Shown in pieces: positions 26,933-36,520 of a stretch of DNA of 64,000 bases. Both the position numbers and the translations under genes were made by a program. The notes beneath the pieces were generated by a model. It had not been told where the DNA came from. It saw only the letters and a list, made by a program, of their open reading frames with translations, and did no database searches. Origin of the DNA: Candidatus Pyrohabitans jungbluthii (GTDB lineage Archaea > Hydrothermarchaeota > Hydrothermarchaeia > Hydrothermarchaeales > BMS3B); assembly GCA_002010065.2 (NCBI GenBank), contig MTMD02000002.1, forward strand, positions 64,001 to 128,000, read 5' to 3'. How positions within the stretch are numbered: position 1 is the first letter of the stretch; every line of letters starts with the position of its first letter.

Positions 26933-28003
26933 ATGCACTACCACCTGCTGCTCACCCAGCGGTGCAATCTTAGGTGCAGCTACTGCGGTGGCACTCGCGA
27001 TGACGCCGAGCACATGGAGATGGAGTATCCCCTGGAGGTGCTGCGCAGCTTTATCGCTCAGGACCCTGACCCTGTGATCGCTTTTTACGGCGGCGAGCCC
27101 CTTCTTCGCGTTGATTTGGTGGAGGAAGTTATGGATACCATACCAGCGAAGTACATCCTGCACACCAATGGGATCCTTCTCCACAGGATTAAACCACACT
27201 ACCTGCGCAGGTTCCACACCATCTTAATCTCAATAGACGGTCGCCGCGAGGTTACTGATGCGTACCGCGGTGAGGGAGTTTATGACAGGATAATAAGAAA
27301 CGCCCGCAGGATAAGGAGGCACTTCAGCGGAGACCTTATTGCAAGAATGGTGGCTTCGCTTAGAAGCGACATCTATGAGGATGCGCTTCACCTGGCGAAG
27401 CTGGGCGTCTTTGACCACGTGCACTGGCAGCTTGACTTTGAGCTTTTCTGGGACGGTGGAAGCGAGACTACGCGGGAGTGGCTGCGCAGCTATAACTCCG
27501 GCATAACAAGGCTGGTTCATGCATGGGTTGAGGAGATGCGCCGCGGCGAGGTGCTCGGCTTCGTGCCATTCATAGGGATTACAAAGACTCTGCTCTCCCG
27601 GAAGCCAACGAAGCTGCGCTGCGGCGCCGGCGTGGACTTCTTTGCAATTTCGCCAAGCGGTGAGATAACCCTGTGCCCAGTAACGCCGGAGTACGAGTTC
27701 ATGCGCGTGGGCAGCATCTTCACCACTGCGCCAGAGGAGCTGCACAACTGCGCTTCGCCGGGCGAGCCATGCGCTAGCTGCGATTTGCTCTGGGTGTGCG
27801 GCGGACGCTGCCTCTTCATAAACCTGGCGAAAGAGTGGGTGGGCGAGGAGGGCTACGCCTTAATATGCTCCACTGTGCGCCACCTTGTTAATGAGCTTGA
27901 GGCAGCGCTGCCCGAGATTAAGAAGCTGATAGGCGATGGTGTGATTTCAGCCAGAGTCTTCGACTACCCGGAGATAAACAACGACTGCGAGGTTATCCCT
28001 TGA
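26933..28003 (+). CDS. Radical SAM/SPASM protein, AF0577 (TIGR04084) family, putative peptide-modifying
   Basis: CNLRCSYCGG, FYGGEP, LRCGAG, C..C....CGGRC, terminal NNDCEVIP. Confidence 0.82.
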   Translation: MHYHLLLTQRCNLRCSYCGGTRDDAEHMEMEYPLEVLRSFIAQDPDPVIAFYGGEPLLRVDLVEEVMDTIPAKYILHTNGILLHRIKPHYLRRFHTILISIDGRREVTDAYRGEGVYDRIIRNARRIRRHFSGDLIARMVASLRSDIYEDALHLAKLGVFDHVHWQLDFELFWDGGSETTREWLRSYNSGITRLVHAWVEEMRRGEVLGFVPFIGITKTLLSRKPTKLRCGAGVDFFAISPSGEITLCPVTPEYEFMRVGSIFTTAPEELHNCASPGEPCASCDLLWVCGGRCLFINLAKEWVGEEGYALICSTVRHLVNELEAALPEIKKLIGDGVISARVFDYPEINNDCEVIP

Positions 28004-28029
28004 TAAAAACATCAGCGGTTGTTCGGCTC

Positions 28030-28569
28030 TTATCTTAGCAGCCCATCCCCCTGCTCAAACCCCATATGAAGCGCCTTTTTGTTTAGCTCTTCGGTACCCT
28101 TGGGCACGCTCTCCAGCACCGCCTTCTCTATCGCCTCCCTGCTGACTATCCCCGTAATAGAGGTTAGCGCCCCAAGCATTATTATGTTGGCGACGATGGT
28201 TTTGCCCAGCTCGCGCTTAGCGAGCAACGTTGCAGGTACCGCAAACGCCTTGCCCCTTTCGGGTGGGGTTTTGATTAGCGAGGAGTCGTAGATAACTGTG
28301 CCATCCTTCTTAAGGTCCCGTATGTACTTCTGCATCGCCTGCCCCGACATAACCACAAAGATATCCGGGTTCAGAACCTTGGGGTAGAGTATCTCCTCGT
28401 CGCTTATTATCACCTCGCTCCTGGAAGCGCCTCCTCTCGCTTCAGGACCATAGCTCTGAGTCTGAACAGCATTCTTGCCGTCGTGGATGCTCGCCGCCCT
28501 GGCAAGGATTATACCCGCTGTGACGATGCCCTGCCCACCGAAGCCTGAGAAGCGAACCTCAACCCTCAT
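28030..28569 (-). CDS. korC: 2-oxoacid:ferredoxin oxidoreductase gamma subunit
   Basis: SGFGGQG, QTQSYGPEARGG, ANIIMLGA. Confidence 0.92.
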   Translation of the reverse strand: MRVEVRFSGFGGQGIVTAGIILARAASIHDGKNAVQTQSYGPEARGGASRSEVIISDEEILYPKVLNPDIFVVMSGQAMQKYIRDLKKDGTVIYDSSLIKTPPERGKAFAVPATLLAKRELGKTIVANIIMLGALTSITGIVSREAIEKAVLESVPKGTEELNKKALHMGFEQGDGLLR

Positions 28570-29575
28570 GCTTCACCAGCTCCTTCTCAATCTTCTCCAC
28601 ATCGCCGCCCAGCTCTATCATGCGCCTTATCTTGGGCGAGCCCAGCTTTGCTATAACCTCAAGGATGCGCTTCCTCGCCTCGCGCAGGCGCTCCTCTTCC
28701 TCCTTGCGCTTCGCTGCGCGCTGCTCAGGCGTCAGCTTCTCCTCCTTCTTTTCAATGCGCTTCTCCTCTTCCTTCACCAGCCCCAATAGGCGCACCAAGC
28801 CAGGGCGGTCGCGGTCCACGAACTCGCCCACCACAACCTTTGCGGAGAGGTCAACGCCCTGCTCCTCAAGCTCCTGGGCGTGGTGAAGCGCAACAGTATT
28901 CTCCTTGTACCAGCGCAGCATATCCACGGCGGTGCGCAGCTTGTTTCTCCTGCCAAGTGCGGTAGGACACTGGGTGAGCACCTCTACTAAGGTGAACCCC
29001 TCTTTGGTCAGAGCCTTCTTTATCGACTCCTTAATCTGCAGCGGCGACGCGGTGCTCCACCTCGCCACGTAGTTCGCCCCGGCAGCAACGGCGACTCTTG
29101 CTATATCCATCGGAGGCTCGGCGTTGCCATACGGCGAGGTTGTGGTGCGCCAGCCGCGCGGCGTAGTAGGCGAGACCTGCCCGCCTGTCATGCCGTAGGT
29201 GTAGTTGTTGGAGCAGATTACAGTCATGTCTATGTTGCGCCTAGCAGCGTGGAGAAAATGGTTGCCACCTATGCTCGCCATATCGCCGTCGCCTGTTATA
29301 ACTATAACCTTGAGCTCAGGGTTGGCGAGCTTTATACCCGTGGCAAAGGCGATGGGTCTACCGTGGGTGGTGTGCAGAGAGTCGAAGAGCAGGTAGCCAG
29401 GTATTCGTGAAGAGCAGCCGATACCAGAGACGAATACAATTTTTTCCCTAGGCAAGTTCAGCTCCACTATCGCCTCGAGCAACGCGTTGACTATTATGCC
29501 ATCGCCGCAGCCCTCGCAGAGTATATGTGGCAAGCGGTCGCGACGAAGCAGTGGCTCTGAAGGATGCATGCTCAT
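28559..29575 (-). CDS. korB: 2-oxoacid:ferredoxin oxidoreductase beta subunit with charged C-terminal extension
   Basis: CEGCG, SGIGCS, HGR, GDGD..SIGGNH, YGMTGGQ.SPT, QCPT. Confidence 0.93.
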   Translation of the reverse strand: MSMHPSEPLLRRDRLPHILCEGCGDGIIVNALLEAIVELNLPREKIVFVSGIGCSSRIPGYLLFDSLHTTHGRPIAFATGIKLANPELKVIVITGDGDMASIGGNHFLHAARRNIDMTVICSNNYTYGMTGGQVSPTTPRGWRTTTSPYGNAEPPMDIARVAVAAGANYVARWSTASPLQIKESIKKALTKEGFTLVEVLTQCPTALGRRNKLRTAVDMLRWYKENTVALHHAQELEEQGVDLSAKVVVGEFVDRDRPGLVRLLGLVKEEEKRIEKKEEKLTPEQRAAKRKEEEERLREARKRILEVIAKLGSPKIRRMIELGGDVEKIEKELVKHEG

Positions 29576-30693
29576 TTCAGCGCCTCCACAAACTTAACAA
29601 TCTCTCGCGGAGTGTGAAGCTCCCCGCCTATCTTGGGCAGGAAGTGCACATCTCGCTTAGCGCAGCGCTGCACTTCTCTGAGAATCTGCCCGAGGTTCAT
29701 CTCCAGCACCACAAGCTTTGCGCGGCGCGCAAGCTTCGCCAACAGCTTTTCCGGGAACGGGAAGAGGGTTACCAAGCGTAGGAGTCCTGCCTTAATCCCG
29801 CGCTTTCTCAACTCTCTCACCGCAGCTAGGGCTGAGCGAGACACAGCGCCGTAAGCGATGAGCACCACCTCTGCGTCGTCCAGGTGGTGCTCCTCCACCT
29901 TGATAATTTTATCAGCGTTCTTCTCAATCTTCTCCACCAGCCTGCGCACAAGCCTCGCATGCACTTTCGCATCGTTCGTCGCAGGATAGCCACGCTCATC
30001 GTGGGTTAAGCCAGTGACATGCACATTATAGCCCCTGCCAAACACCTGCATCTTGGGCACCAGCGTTTTGGGGTCTGGTTTGAAGTAGTATCTCGCGCCC
30101 TTTTTACTCAGAGGCGCAGTGAAGGTTTCCACCTCCTCGGGAAGCACCACCTTCTCCCGCATGTGACCGACGATCTCGTCTGCCATTAAGAAGGTGGGAA
30201 CGCGGTAGCGCTCGCTCAGGTTGAAGGCCTCAACGGTCAGGTCGAACATCTCCTGCACGCTGTTGGGCGAGAGCGCTATTATTGCGTAGTCGCCGTGAGA
30301 GCCAAAGCGCGCCTGCATTATGTCGCCACTCGCGGGCATCGTGGGCTGCCCTGTGCTAGGCCCGCCGCGCTGCACATTTACTATAACGATAGGCGTCTCA
30401 GTCATGGCGGCGAAGCCGATGTTCTCCATCATCAGCGAGAACCCAGGACCGGAGGTGGCAGTCATCGCCTTGACGCCTGCCCATCGCGCTCCAATTATCG
30501 CGGAGATTGAACCAATCTCGTCCTCCATCTGGATGAAAACTCCGCCCACCTTGGGTAAGCGCTGCGCCAGCCACTCTGCCACTTCAGTGCTCGGGGTTAT
30601 TGGGTAGCCGGCGAAGAACCTGCACCCAGCGGCGATAGCGCCTTCAGCACAGGCGATGTTACCCTGAAGGAAGCGCACTCCAGCCATGTGCAT
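29572..30693 (-). CDS. korA: 2-oxoacid:ferredoxin oxidoreductase alpha subunit
   Basis: GYPITPSTE, QMEDE, TSGPG, QRGGPSTG, EMNLGQ. Confidence 0.94.
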   Translation of the reverse strand: MHMAGVRFLQGNIACAEGAIAAGCRFFAGYPITPSTEVAEWLAQRLPKVGGVFIQMEDEIGSISAIIGARWAGVKAMTATSGPGFSLMMENIGFAAMTETPIVIVNVQRGGPSTGQPTMPASGDIMQARFGSHGDYAIIALSPNSVQEMFDLTVEAFNLSERYRVPTFLMADEIVGHMREKVVLPEEVETFTAPLSKKGARYYFKPDPKTLVPKMQVFGRGYNVHVTGLTHDERGYPATNDAKVHARLVRRLVEKIEKNADKIIKVEEHHLDDAEVVLIAYGAVSRSALAAVRELRKRGIKAGLLRLVTLFPFPEKLLAKLARRAKLVVLEMNLGQILREVQRCAKRDVHFLPKIGGELHTPREIVKFVEALK

Positions 30694-30956
30694 TATTCAT
30701 CTTCCTCCTCTGCGTAAATATCTATGTCGATTGCAAAGTCTGGGCACATGTCCTGGCATAGCGAGCAAACCTTGCGCTTCAGATGCTTACTCACCTTGAG
30801 CTTTGTGCACCTCTCTGGATGGGCTACAATGGGCACAAAGTACCCCTTCTCGTTAGGCTCCTCTGCCGGCTCGAAAACCTTCATGGGGCAGAATTCTATA
30901 CAGATATTGCATCCCTTGCAGTACTTCTCATTTATGGTTATTTTGCCCATGCTCAC
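30693..30956 (-). CDS. korD: 2-oxoacid:ferredoxin oxidoreductase delta (ferredoxin) subunit
   Basis: CKGCNICIEFCP and C...(insert)CSLCQDMCP. Confidence 0.88.
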   Translation of the reverse strand: MSMGKITINEKYCKGCNICIEFCPMKVFEPAEEPNEKGYFVPIVAHPERCTKLKVSKHLKRKVCSLCQDMCPDFAIDIDIYAEEEDE

Positions 30957-31408
30957 ACCTGATACATCTCTATTACCACGTGGGAAGAGGTCTCTTCTAC
31001 ACCTTTGAGCCTGGAAGCGCCGTCAAGGAATTCGCGAAGCTTCGCCGCAGCTACGACAGCGATGACGTCGTACTCGCCAGCCACGCGGTATACGCGCTCC
31101 GCAGGCAGAGAGCGAAGCTTGCGGTACGCCTCGTCTCGGTAGCGGGGCTTTACCCTGAGGAGCACAAAGGCTTCCTCGCCAAACTTGCCGATTTCAGCCA
31201 AGGCTTTGTCGGTGAGGTCTATGAAACCTCTGCCCGTGCGTATTAAACCTCGCTCGCGAAGCTCGCGAAGGTGGGCGCTTAACGCCTGCCTACTTATGCC
31301 AAGCTCTGCCGCAAGCTCCGCCTGGGTTTTATGCGTTGAATGAACTTTGAGGCTGCGCGCACTCTCATAAAGTTTACGCAGCACCTGAAGCTGCTTCTCA
31401 CTTGTCAT
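30953..31408 (-). CDS. Lrp/AsnC family regulator heading the kor operon
   Basis: TQAELAAELGISRQALS HTH; VYRVAGEYD RAM domain. Confidence 0.85.
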   Translation of the reverse strand: MTSEKQLQVLRKLYESARSLKVHSTHKTQAELAAELGISRQALSAHLRELRERGLIRTGRGFIDLTDKALAEIGKFGEEAFVLLRVKPRYRDEAYRKLRSLPAERVYRVAGEYDVIAVVAAAKLREFLDGASRLKGVEETSSHVVIEMYQV

Positions 31409-31555
31409 GGCTTCACAACTTTACTTTTGTAAACGTTTGCTTGCTAATTGTAAAGCTTCGCAAGTGTAAATATTTTGGCAGTGTTCGGCTGGCGGTGAAC
31501 AATTTCGCGGGGTTTATATAACCATAGGCACAAGGTAACATCGAGGTGTGGAGAT

Positions 31556-32398
31556 ATGAGAGTGAGGGTTGTCGTGCTCATCCTGCTGATACTTGCCGCA
31601 GGCTGCGCAGCAAAAGCACCAAAGCAGGATATGGCGGTTATGCCGGAGCCGGCGGTAGGCGGGGAGGTGGTGAGGGAAGAAGCGATGAAAAGCCGGGGGA
31701 TAGGTTTCCCCGAATTTCAGACCACAGAGGCGGAGCCTACAGCCGAGCCTCAGATCGATAGGAAGGTTATAAAGACCGCGTATATTAAACTCGAGGTGAG
31801 CGATTTCGACGCTGCGGCCAGCGAAGTTGAAAGGCTCGCCTATGAAGCAGGGGGCTACATCTCTGAGTCCAATTCCTACGTCACGCCGAGCAACCACAGA
31901 CGAGGCACTATAACAATTCGCGTTCCTGAGAGTAGCTTTGGAAGTATTATCCAGGAGATAAGAAAGCTGGGCAAAGTTGTGTCTTACTCTTCGTCGGGCA
32001 GAGACGTTACAGAGGAGTATATTGATTTAGAGGCGAGGCTGCGCAATCTTCGCAGGCAAGAAGAGCGCTTGCTTGAGATTCTGGACAGGGCGGAGAGCGT
32101 TGAGGATGTGCTTGAGGTGGAACGTGAGCTTGGGCGCGTGAGAGGCGAGATTGAGCGCCTCGAGGGAAGGCTACGCTACCTGAACAACCGCGTAGAATTC
32201 GCCACAATAACTGTGGAGCTTCTCGAGCCGGAGCCAATAGCTCAAAGTCTTGGCTTGAGAAGTGTGATAAGCGATGCTGTGAAGGGCCTTGTGACTGTTA
32301 CCCGCGCGCTAATCGTGGCAATAGGTTATCTACTCCCCATCGCAGCAGTGGCAGCTGTGCTATTTGCTTTGCTCCGCCGGGTGAGGAAGAAAAGGTAG
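31556..32398 (+). CDS. DUF4349 family lipoprotein
   Basis: LAAGC lipobox; RKVIKTA, GGYI, IRVP, DVTEEYIDL.ARL, C-terminal TM. Confidence 0.88.
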   Translation: MRVRVVVLILLILAAGCAAKAPKQDMAVMPEPAVGGEVVREEAMKSRGIGFPEFQTTEAEPTAEPQIDRKVIKTAYIKLEVSDFDAAASEVERLAYEAGGYISESNSYVTPSNHRRGTITIRVPESSFGSIIQEIRKLGKVVSYSSSGRDVTEEYIDLEARLRNLRRQEERLLEILDRAESVEDVLEVERELGRVRGEIERLEGRLRYLNNRVEFATITVELLEPEPIAQSLGLRSVISDAVKGLVTVTRALIVAIGYLLPIAAVAAVLFALLRRVRKKR

Positions 32399-32410
32399 CG
32401 GTGATGCTCC

Positions 32411-32959
32411 TTGGATAAAGAGATACGTATGACCAGGCAGGTGTTCGAGGCGCTTGTGTCAGAGACGCGCATCGCCATATTAAAAAAGCTGGACCGCCGC
32501 GCCATGACGCTCAGCGAACTTGCGAGGGAGCTTGGCTTAGCCAAGTCGGCGGTACATGAGCACCTGGCGAAGCTTGCCGACGCTGGCTTAGTGGAAAAGC
32601 GCGACGCTGGAAGAAAGTGGGTGTACTACCACCTCACACCCAAAGCGAGGGGGATACTCCATCCGGAGGAGAGGCACCGTATTCTCGTGCTTCTCAGCTC
32701 CGCGCTGCTCGCGCTGCTCGGCGGGGTTTTCACGGGTTTAAAATACCTTCGCGTAGCGGGAGAGGTTGCAGAAAGCAGAGTGACGTTTGAAGCCGCGCCA
32801 AAAGCGATGGAAACACCAGTCGCTGAGGCAGTGAGGACGACCAAGCCCTACCTAGCTCTGAGCATAGCGCTTCTCGCAGCTTCTCTGCTTTTATTCTTCC
32901 TTGCCTACCGCGCGTGGAAGCGGGGCAAAAACTATTATAACCTTTCAGGAGAATCCTGA
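32411..32959 (+). CDS. Membrane-anchored ArsR-type winged-helix regulator
   Basis: FEALVSETRIAILKKL..TLSELA..HL.KL..AGLV plus two TM helices. Confidence 0.82.
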   Translation: MDKEIRMTRQVFEALVSETRIAILKKLDRRAMTLSELARELGLAKSAVHEHLAKLADAGLVEKRDAGRKWVYYHLTPKARGILHPEERHRILVLLSSALLALLGGVFTGLKYLRVAGEVAESRVTFEAAPKAMETPVAEAVRTTKPYLALSIALLAASLLLFFLAYRAWKRGKNYYNLSGES

Positions 32960-32963
32960 ATGC

Positions 32964-33680
32964 ATGCATGCGATTGAGCTCCGCGACGTGAAGAAGCGCT
33001 TCGGCGCACTGCAGGTGCTTCGTGGTGTCACTCTCAGCATAGAGAAGGGCGAAGCCTTCGCCTTGCTTGGTCCCAACGGTGCTGGAAAGACCACGCTTAT
33101 AAGAATAGTGGCAACTTTGCTGAGGCAGGATGAGGGTGAGGTGCGCGTCGCTGGCTACGACATTCGTGAGGAAGCGCGGGAGGTGAGGCGTAGAATAGGT
33201 GTGGTTTCCCACAACCCTTTTCTCTATGAGGAGCTAACAGCTAGGGAGAATCTGGAGTTCTATGCCCGCGCCTACGGGGTAGCACAGAGCCGTGTGGATG
33301 AAATGCTGGAGAGGGTTAACCTGGCTGAGCGCGAAGACGACCTGGTGGCGACGTTCTCGCGGGGAATGAAGCAGCGCCTGAGCATAGCCCGTGCCTTACT
33401 TCACTCGCCTGAGGTGCTCCTTTTAGACGAGCCCACCACAGGCTTGGACTTAAAAGGCAGACAGGACTTCTATACCCTGCTTGAAGAGCTTCTTGGCGAG
33501 GGAGCTACTCTGCTCATGACCACCCACCACATGGACGAGGCTGAGAGGCTCTGCTCCCGCGGAGCGGTGCTTCACTCTGGCAGGGTAGTGGCACAGGGTG
33601 CGCTGGATGAACTCAAGGAAAGTGTGGAAAGCCTGGAGGAGGCGTACCTGCGCATCACGGGTGAGGGAAATGGGGCTTAA
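32964..33680 (+). CDS. ccmA: Heme ABC exporter ATPase CcmA
   Basis: GPNGAGKT, FSRGMKQRL, LLLDEP; heads ccmB/C. Confidence 0.85.
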   Translation: MHAIELRDVKKRFGALQVLRGVTLSIEKGEAFALLGPNGAGKTTLIRIVATLLRQDEGEVRVAGYDIREEAREVRRRIGVVSHNPFLYEELTARENLEFYARAYGVAQSRVDEMLERVNLAEREDDLVATFSRGMKQRLSIARALLHSPEVLLLDEPTTGLDLKGRQDFYTLLEELLGEGATLLMTTHHMDEAERLCSRGAVLHSGRVVAQGALDELKESVESLEEAYLRITGEGNGA

Positions 33681-34347
33681 AGCTGTGTTCAACCTGGCGA
33701 GCAAGGATATACGGGCAGAGCTCAGGACAAAGCACACCATAAACTTCATGCTCCTCTTTTCAGGCTTGGCGGTAATCTTCTTCTCCCGCATAGCTGGCAA
33801 CTACGTGGCTGCGGCACCTGAGATGGGCGCAGGCTTGCTATGGCTGGTTTTCCTCTTCACCGGCATGCTGGGCCTGGGCAGGGCTTTCGTCAAGGAGAAG
33901 GAGCTGGGCACTTTCGACGGGCTGAAGCTCACGCCCATGAGCAGCGAGGAGATTCTCGCGGGCAAGGCGATATACAACCTCGCGCTGATGCTGGGGATAC
34001 AGAGCATAATCTTCCCCCTATTTATCATCTTCTTCGACTTTCCCATCCAGGGAAGCGTTGCCTTGGCGTTTGGTGTGCTCACCCTGGGCAACCTGAGCTT
34101 CGTCATCGTTAGCTCGGCGCTCTCAACGCTGGTGCTCAACGCCAGAGCGCGAGAGCTTCTCCTTCCGGTGATTCTCCTACCTGTACTGTTCCCGGTGATC
34201 GTAACCTCGGTCTCTGCACTGAACCGCGTGCTCGTCGGTGGTGAAGGATTTTTAAATATTCTTGGAGAGATTAAAATTATTTTAGCTTATGCTGTGGTGA
34301 TGAGTGTAATAGCTGCGCTAACCTTCGATTTCGCCTTAGAGGAATAG
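33670..34347 (+). CDS. ccmB: Heme exporter permease CcmB
   Basis: KDIRAELR, F.KEKE.GT.DGL, RELLLPVILLP. Confidence 0.9.
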   Translation: MGLKAVFNLASKDIRAELRTKHTINFMLLFSGLAVIFFSRIAGNYVAAAPEMGAGLLWLVFLFTGMLGLGRAFVKEKELGTFDGLKLTPMSSEEILAGKAIYNLALMLGIQSIIFPLFIIFFDFPIQGSVALAFGVLTLGNLSFVIVSSALSTLVLNARARELLLPVILLPVLFPVIVTSVSALNRVLVGGEGFLNILGEIKIILAYAVVMSVIAALTFDFALEE

Positions 34348-34349
34348 AT

Positions 34350-35006
34350 ATGAGGAAGATTTATTTCAGCTTGGCAATCGCCTGGGTGCTGTTCATCTAC
34401 GGCTCCTACAATGCACTGCTGGTTTTCCCGCCTATATCCTCGCCTGCCAACCCGCCCATGGAGGAGCTCTATCGCAATGTTTTCTTCCACGTACCAATAA
34501 ACGCCAGCGCCTTTCTTGGCTTCACCATAACCCTTGGGGCGAGTATCCTCTATCTGCGAACGCGCAAGCTCAGCTACGACTTGGTTGCCAGCAAAGCTGC
34601 GAAGATTGCGGTGCTCTTCACCACCTTCACCCTGCTTACCGGCATGGTGTGGGCAAAGCCAGCGTGGGGGACCTACTGGAACTGGGACCCCCGGGAGACG
34701 ACGGCTCTAATAATGTGGTTCGTGTACCTGGGCTACTTTGCACTCCGCGAGGCTATGCCAGCTGGAGAGCCAAGAGCAAGGGCAAGCGCAGTGCTGGGCA
34801 TCTTCGGCTACGCCTCGGGTATATTCACCCTGCTATCAACGCGGATATTCCCCTCGCTTCACCCCCCAACGCTGGGGCTGGAGCTGGAGCCAAAGATGGG
34901 CATGACGCTTGGCTTAATGATAACAGCCGCTATAATAATATTCCTCAACCTCGTTTATCTGGAAATAAGGCTGGAAAGGCTAAAAGAAAAAGTTACTAGG
35001 GGGTAG
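34350..35006 (+). CDS. ccmC: Cytochrome c biogenesis protein CcmC
   Basis: FFHVP, WAKPAWGTYWNWDPRET (WWD domain), SLHP. Confidence 0.93.
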   Translation: MRKIYFSLAIAWVLFIYGSYNALLVFPPISSPANPPMEELYRNVFFHVPINASAFLGFTITLGASILYLRTRKLSYDLVASKAAKIAVLFTTFTLLTGMVWAKPAWGTYWNWDPRETTALIMWFVYLGYFALREAMPAGEPRARASAVLGIFGYASGIFTLLSTRIFPSLHPPTLGLELEPKMGMTLGLMITAAIIIFLNLVYLEIRLERLKEKVTRG

Positions 35007-35009
35007 ATT

Positions 35010-35138
35010 ATGGAGAACTATCAGAGCATATTCTTCGTTGCAACCTCGCTGTGGGCGGCGCTGGTGGTTTACCTCGCGTACCTTCACAGGCGAATTGGAG
35101 ATTTGGAAAAAAGAATAAATAGGTTAAAATCGAGGTAA
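35010..35138 (+). CDS. ccmD: CcmD-like 42-aa membrane protein, absent from the ORF track
   Basis: MENYQSIFFVATSLWAALVVYLAYLHRRIGDLEKRINRLKSR: single TM plus basic tail, located between ccmC and ccmE. Confidence 0.75.
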   Translation: MENYQSIFFVATSLWAALVVYLAYLHRRIGDLEKRINRLKSR

Positions 35139-35144
35139 GAAGGT

Positions 35145-35573
35145 ATGGATAAGAAGACCGCAAAGAATCTCAAGTACCTTGTGGGTGTTGCGGTAGTTCT
35201 GGTTTTTGTTGGAATAGCCTTCAGCACGACTTCGAGCGAGAGCTTTGTCAACCCCTACAAGAGTGTGAGCGAGGTTGTTAATAACGCCCAGAGCTACCAG
35301 GGCAAGCAGGTCCAGGTTCAGGGTTATGTGGTTGAAGGCACAGTAAGCTGGGTGCCCAAGAATCTGAACTTCACCCTCACCGACGGCAAGGCGAGCATAA
35401 AGGTGGCCTACTATGGTGTTATACCCGCAACCTTCCCGCTGGATAAGGAGTTTGATCCCAACTCGCAGATAGACGTCGTTGCCATAGGCACACTCCGCGG
35501 GGATACACTCATAGCAAATAAGCTGCTTGTAAAGTGTCCCTCAAAGTATGAGGCAAAGGTAAGTGCAGAGTGA
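35145..35573 (+). CDS. ccmE: Heme chaperone CcmE (CxxxY variant)
   Basis: N-terminal TM, V.G.V..G, F.LTD, KCPSKY. Confidence 0.92.
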   Translation: MDKKTAKNLKYLVGVAVVLVFVGIAFSTTSSESFVNPYKSVSEVVNNAQSYQGKQVQVQGYVVEGTVSWVPKNLNFTLTDGKASIKVAYYGVIPATFPLDKEFDPNSQIDVVAIGTLRGDTLIANKLLVKCPSKYEAKVSAE

Positions 35574-36520
35574 AGCTCATGAGGTGGCTTCTTGTATTTT
35601 TGGTTGTTGCATTAGCGCTGAGCGCAGGCTGCGTAGGCGAGAAGCAGCCGCAGAGCACAGCGCCAAGCCCCTTCCAGCCAGAGGTTGCACCTCAGCAGTT
35701 CAGCTACATCCCTCTAAGCCAGGTTCCTCGAGCCTCGCCGCCACCGGAGTTTGAACCTGTGTTTGTGGAAAACCTCTCTGGCCTAATCGCCCTGCCTCAG
35801 GCGGCGATAACCATGCCCAACGACGTATCTAACTTCGCCCCAGACGTTGCGAACCGCATCCTTGACAAGATTCAGAATAAATTCGGAGCGGTGTATATAG
35901 AGGGGGAGGAGACCAGCGTGGTGGTGAGTTTTGAGGCTTACCTGTTCCCAGACCCTAGCTATGCGAGGCAGGCGCTTGAGGTTTACAAAACGAACTGGAA
36001 CAAGCTCAGGTTCAACGCCTCTGGTAAGGAGATGTGGATATGGGAAGGTTATCTCGAACAGGTAACCCCGCCTGGCTGGGCGGTGAAGGGTTCGCACATC
36101 TTCTGGGACACCACCTTTAACGAGGCGTCACTTAGCGGAGGCGACGCAATAGTCGCGAATATTGCAGACGACCTGTACTGCTACCACGGCGAAGCTGCGC
36201 TTGGCAACTACTTTGTTATGGTGGATGTGCACCTGCCTAAAGATCGAGTGGTGGAGGAGGGACAGGAGATATTCAGGGAGTACCTTGAGAAGGTGGCGGT
36301 TAATATATCCGCCGCTGAGGAACCTGTGGTTGAGGAGCCTCCGGCTACGGTTAATGCATCCCCCGGCGTAGAGGACAGGATAGCGCAGCTGGAAGCCAAA
36401 AAAGCTGAGATAACCCAAGCATATCTGGAAAATAAAATAAGCCTGGAGCTTTATAACTACACACTTCAAAAGATAGAAGAAGAGCTTAGGAGAATAAGAA
36501 ACAGGAGTGCGTCGCCATGA
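35570..36520 (+). CDS. Uncharacterized lipoprotein inside the ccm operon
   Basis: LALSAGC lipobox; overlaps ccmE stop and ccmF start; C-terminal coiled/SHOCT-like helix. Confidence 0.75.
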   Translation: MKLMRWLLVFLVVALALSAGCVGEKQPQSTAPSPFQPEVAPQQFSYIPLSQVPRASPPPEFEPVFVENLSGLIALPQAAITMPNDVSNFAPDVANRILDKIQNKFGAVYIEGEETSVVVSFEAYLFPDPSYARQALEVYKTNWNKLRFNASGKEMWIWEGYLEQVTPPGWAVKGSHIFWDTTFNEASLSGGDAIVANIADDLYCYHGEAALGNYFVMVDVHLPKDRVVEEGQEIFREYLEKVAVNISAAEEPVVEEPPATVNASPGVEDRIAQLEAKKAEITQAYLENKISLELYNYTLQKIEEELRRIRNRSASP

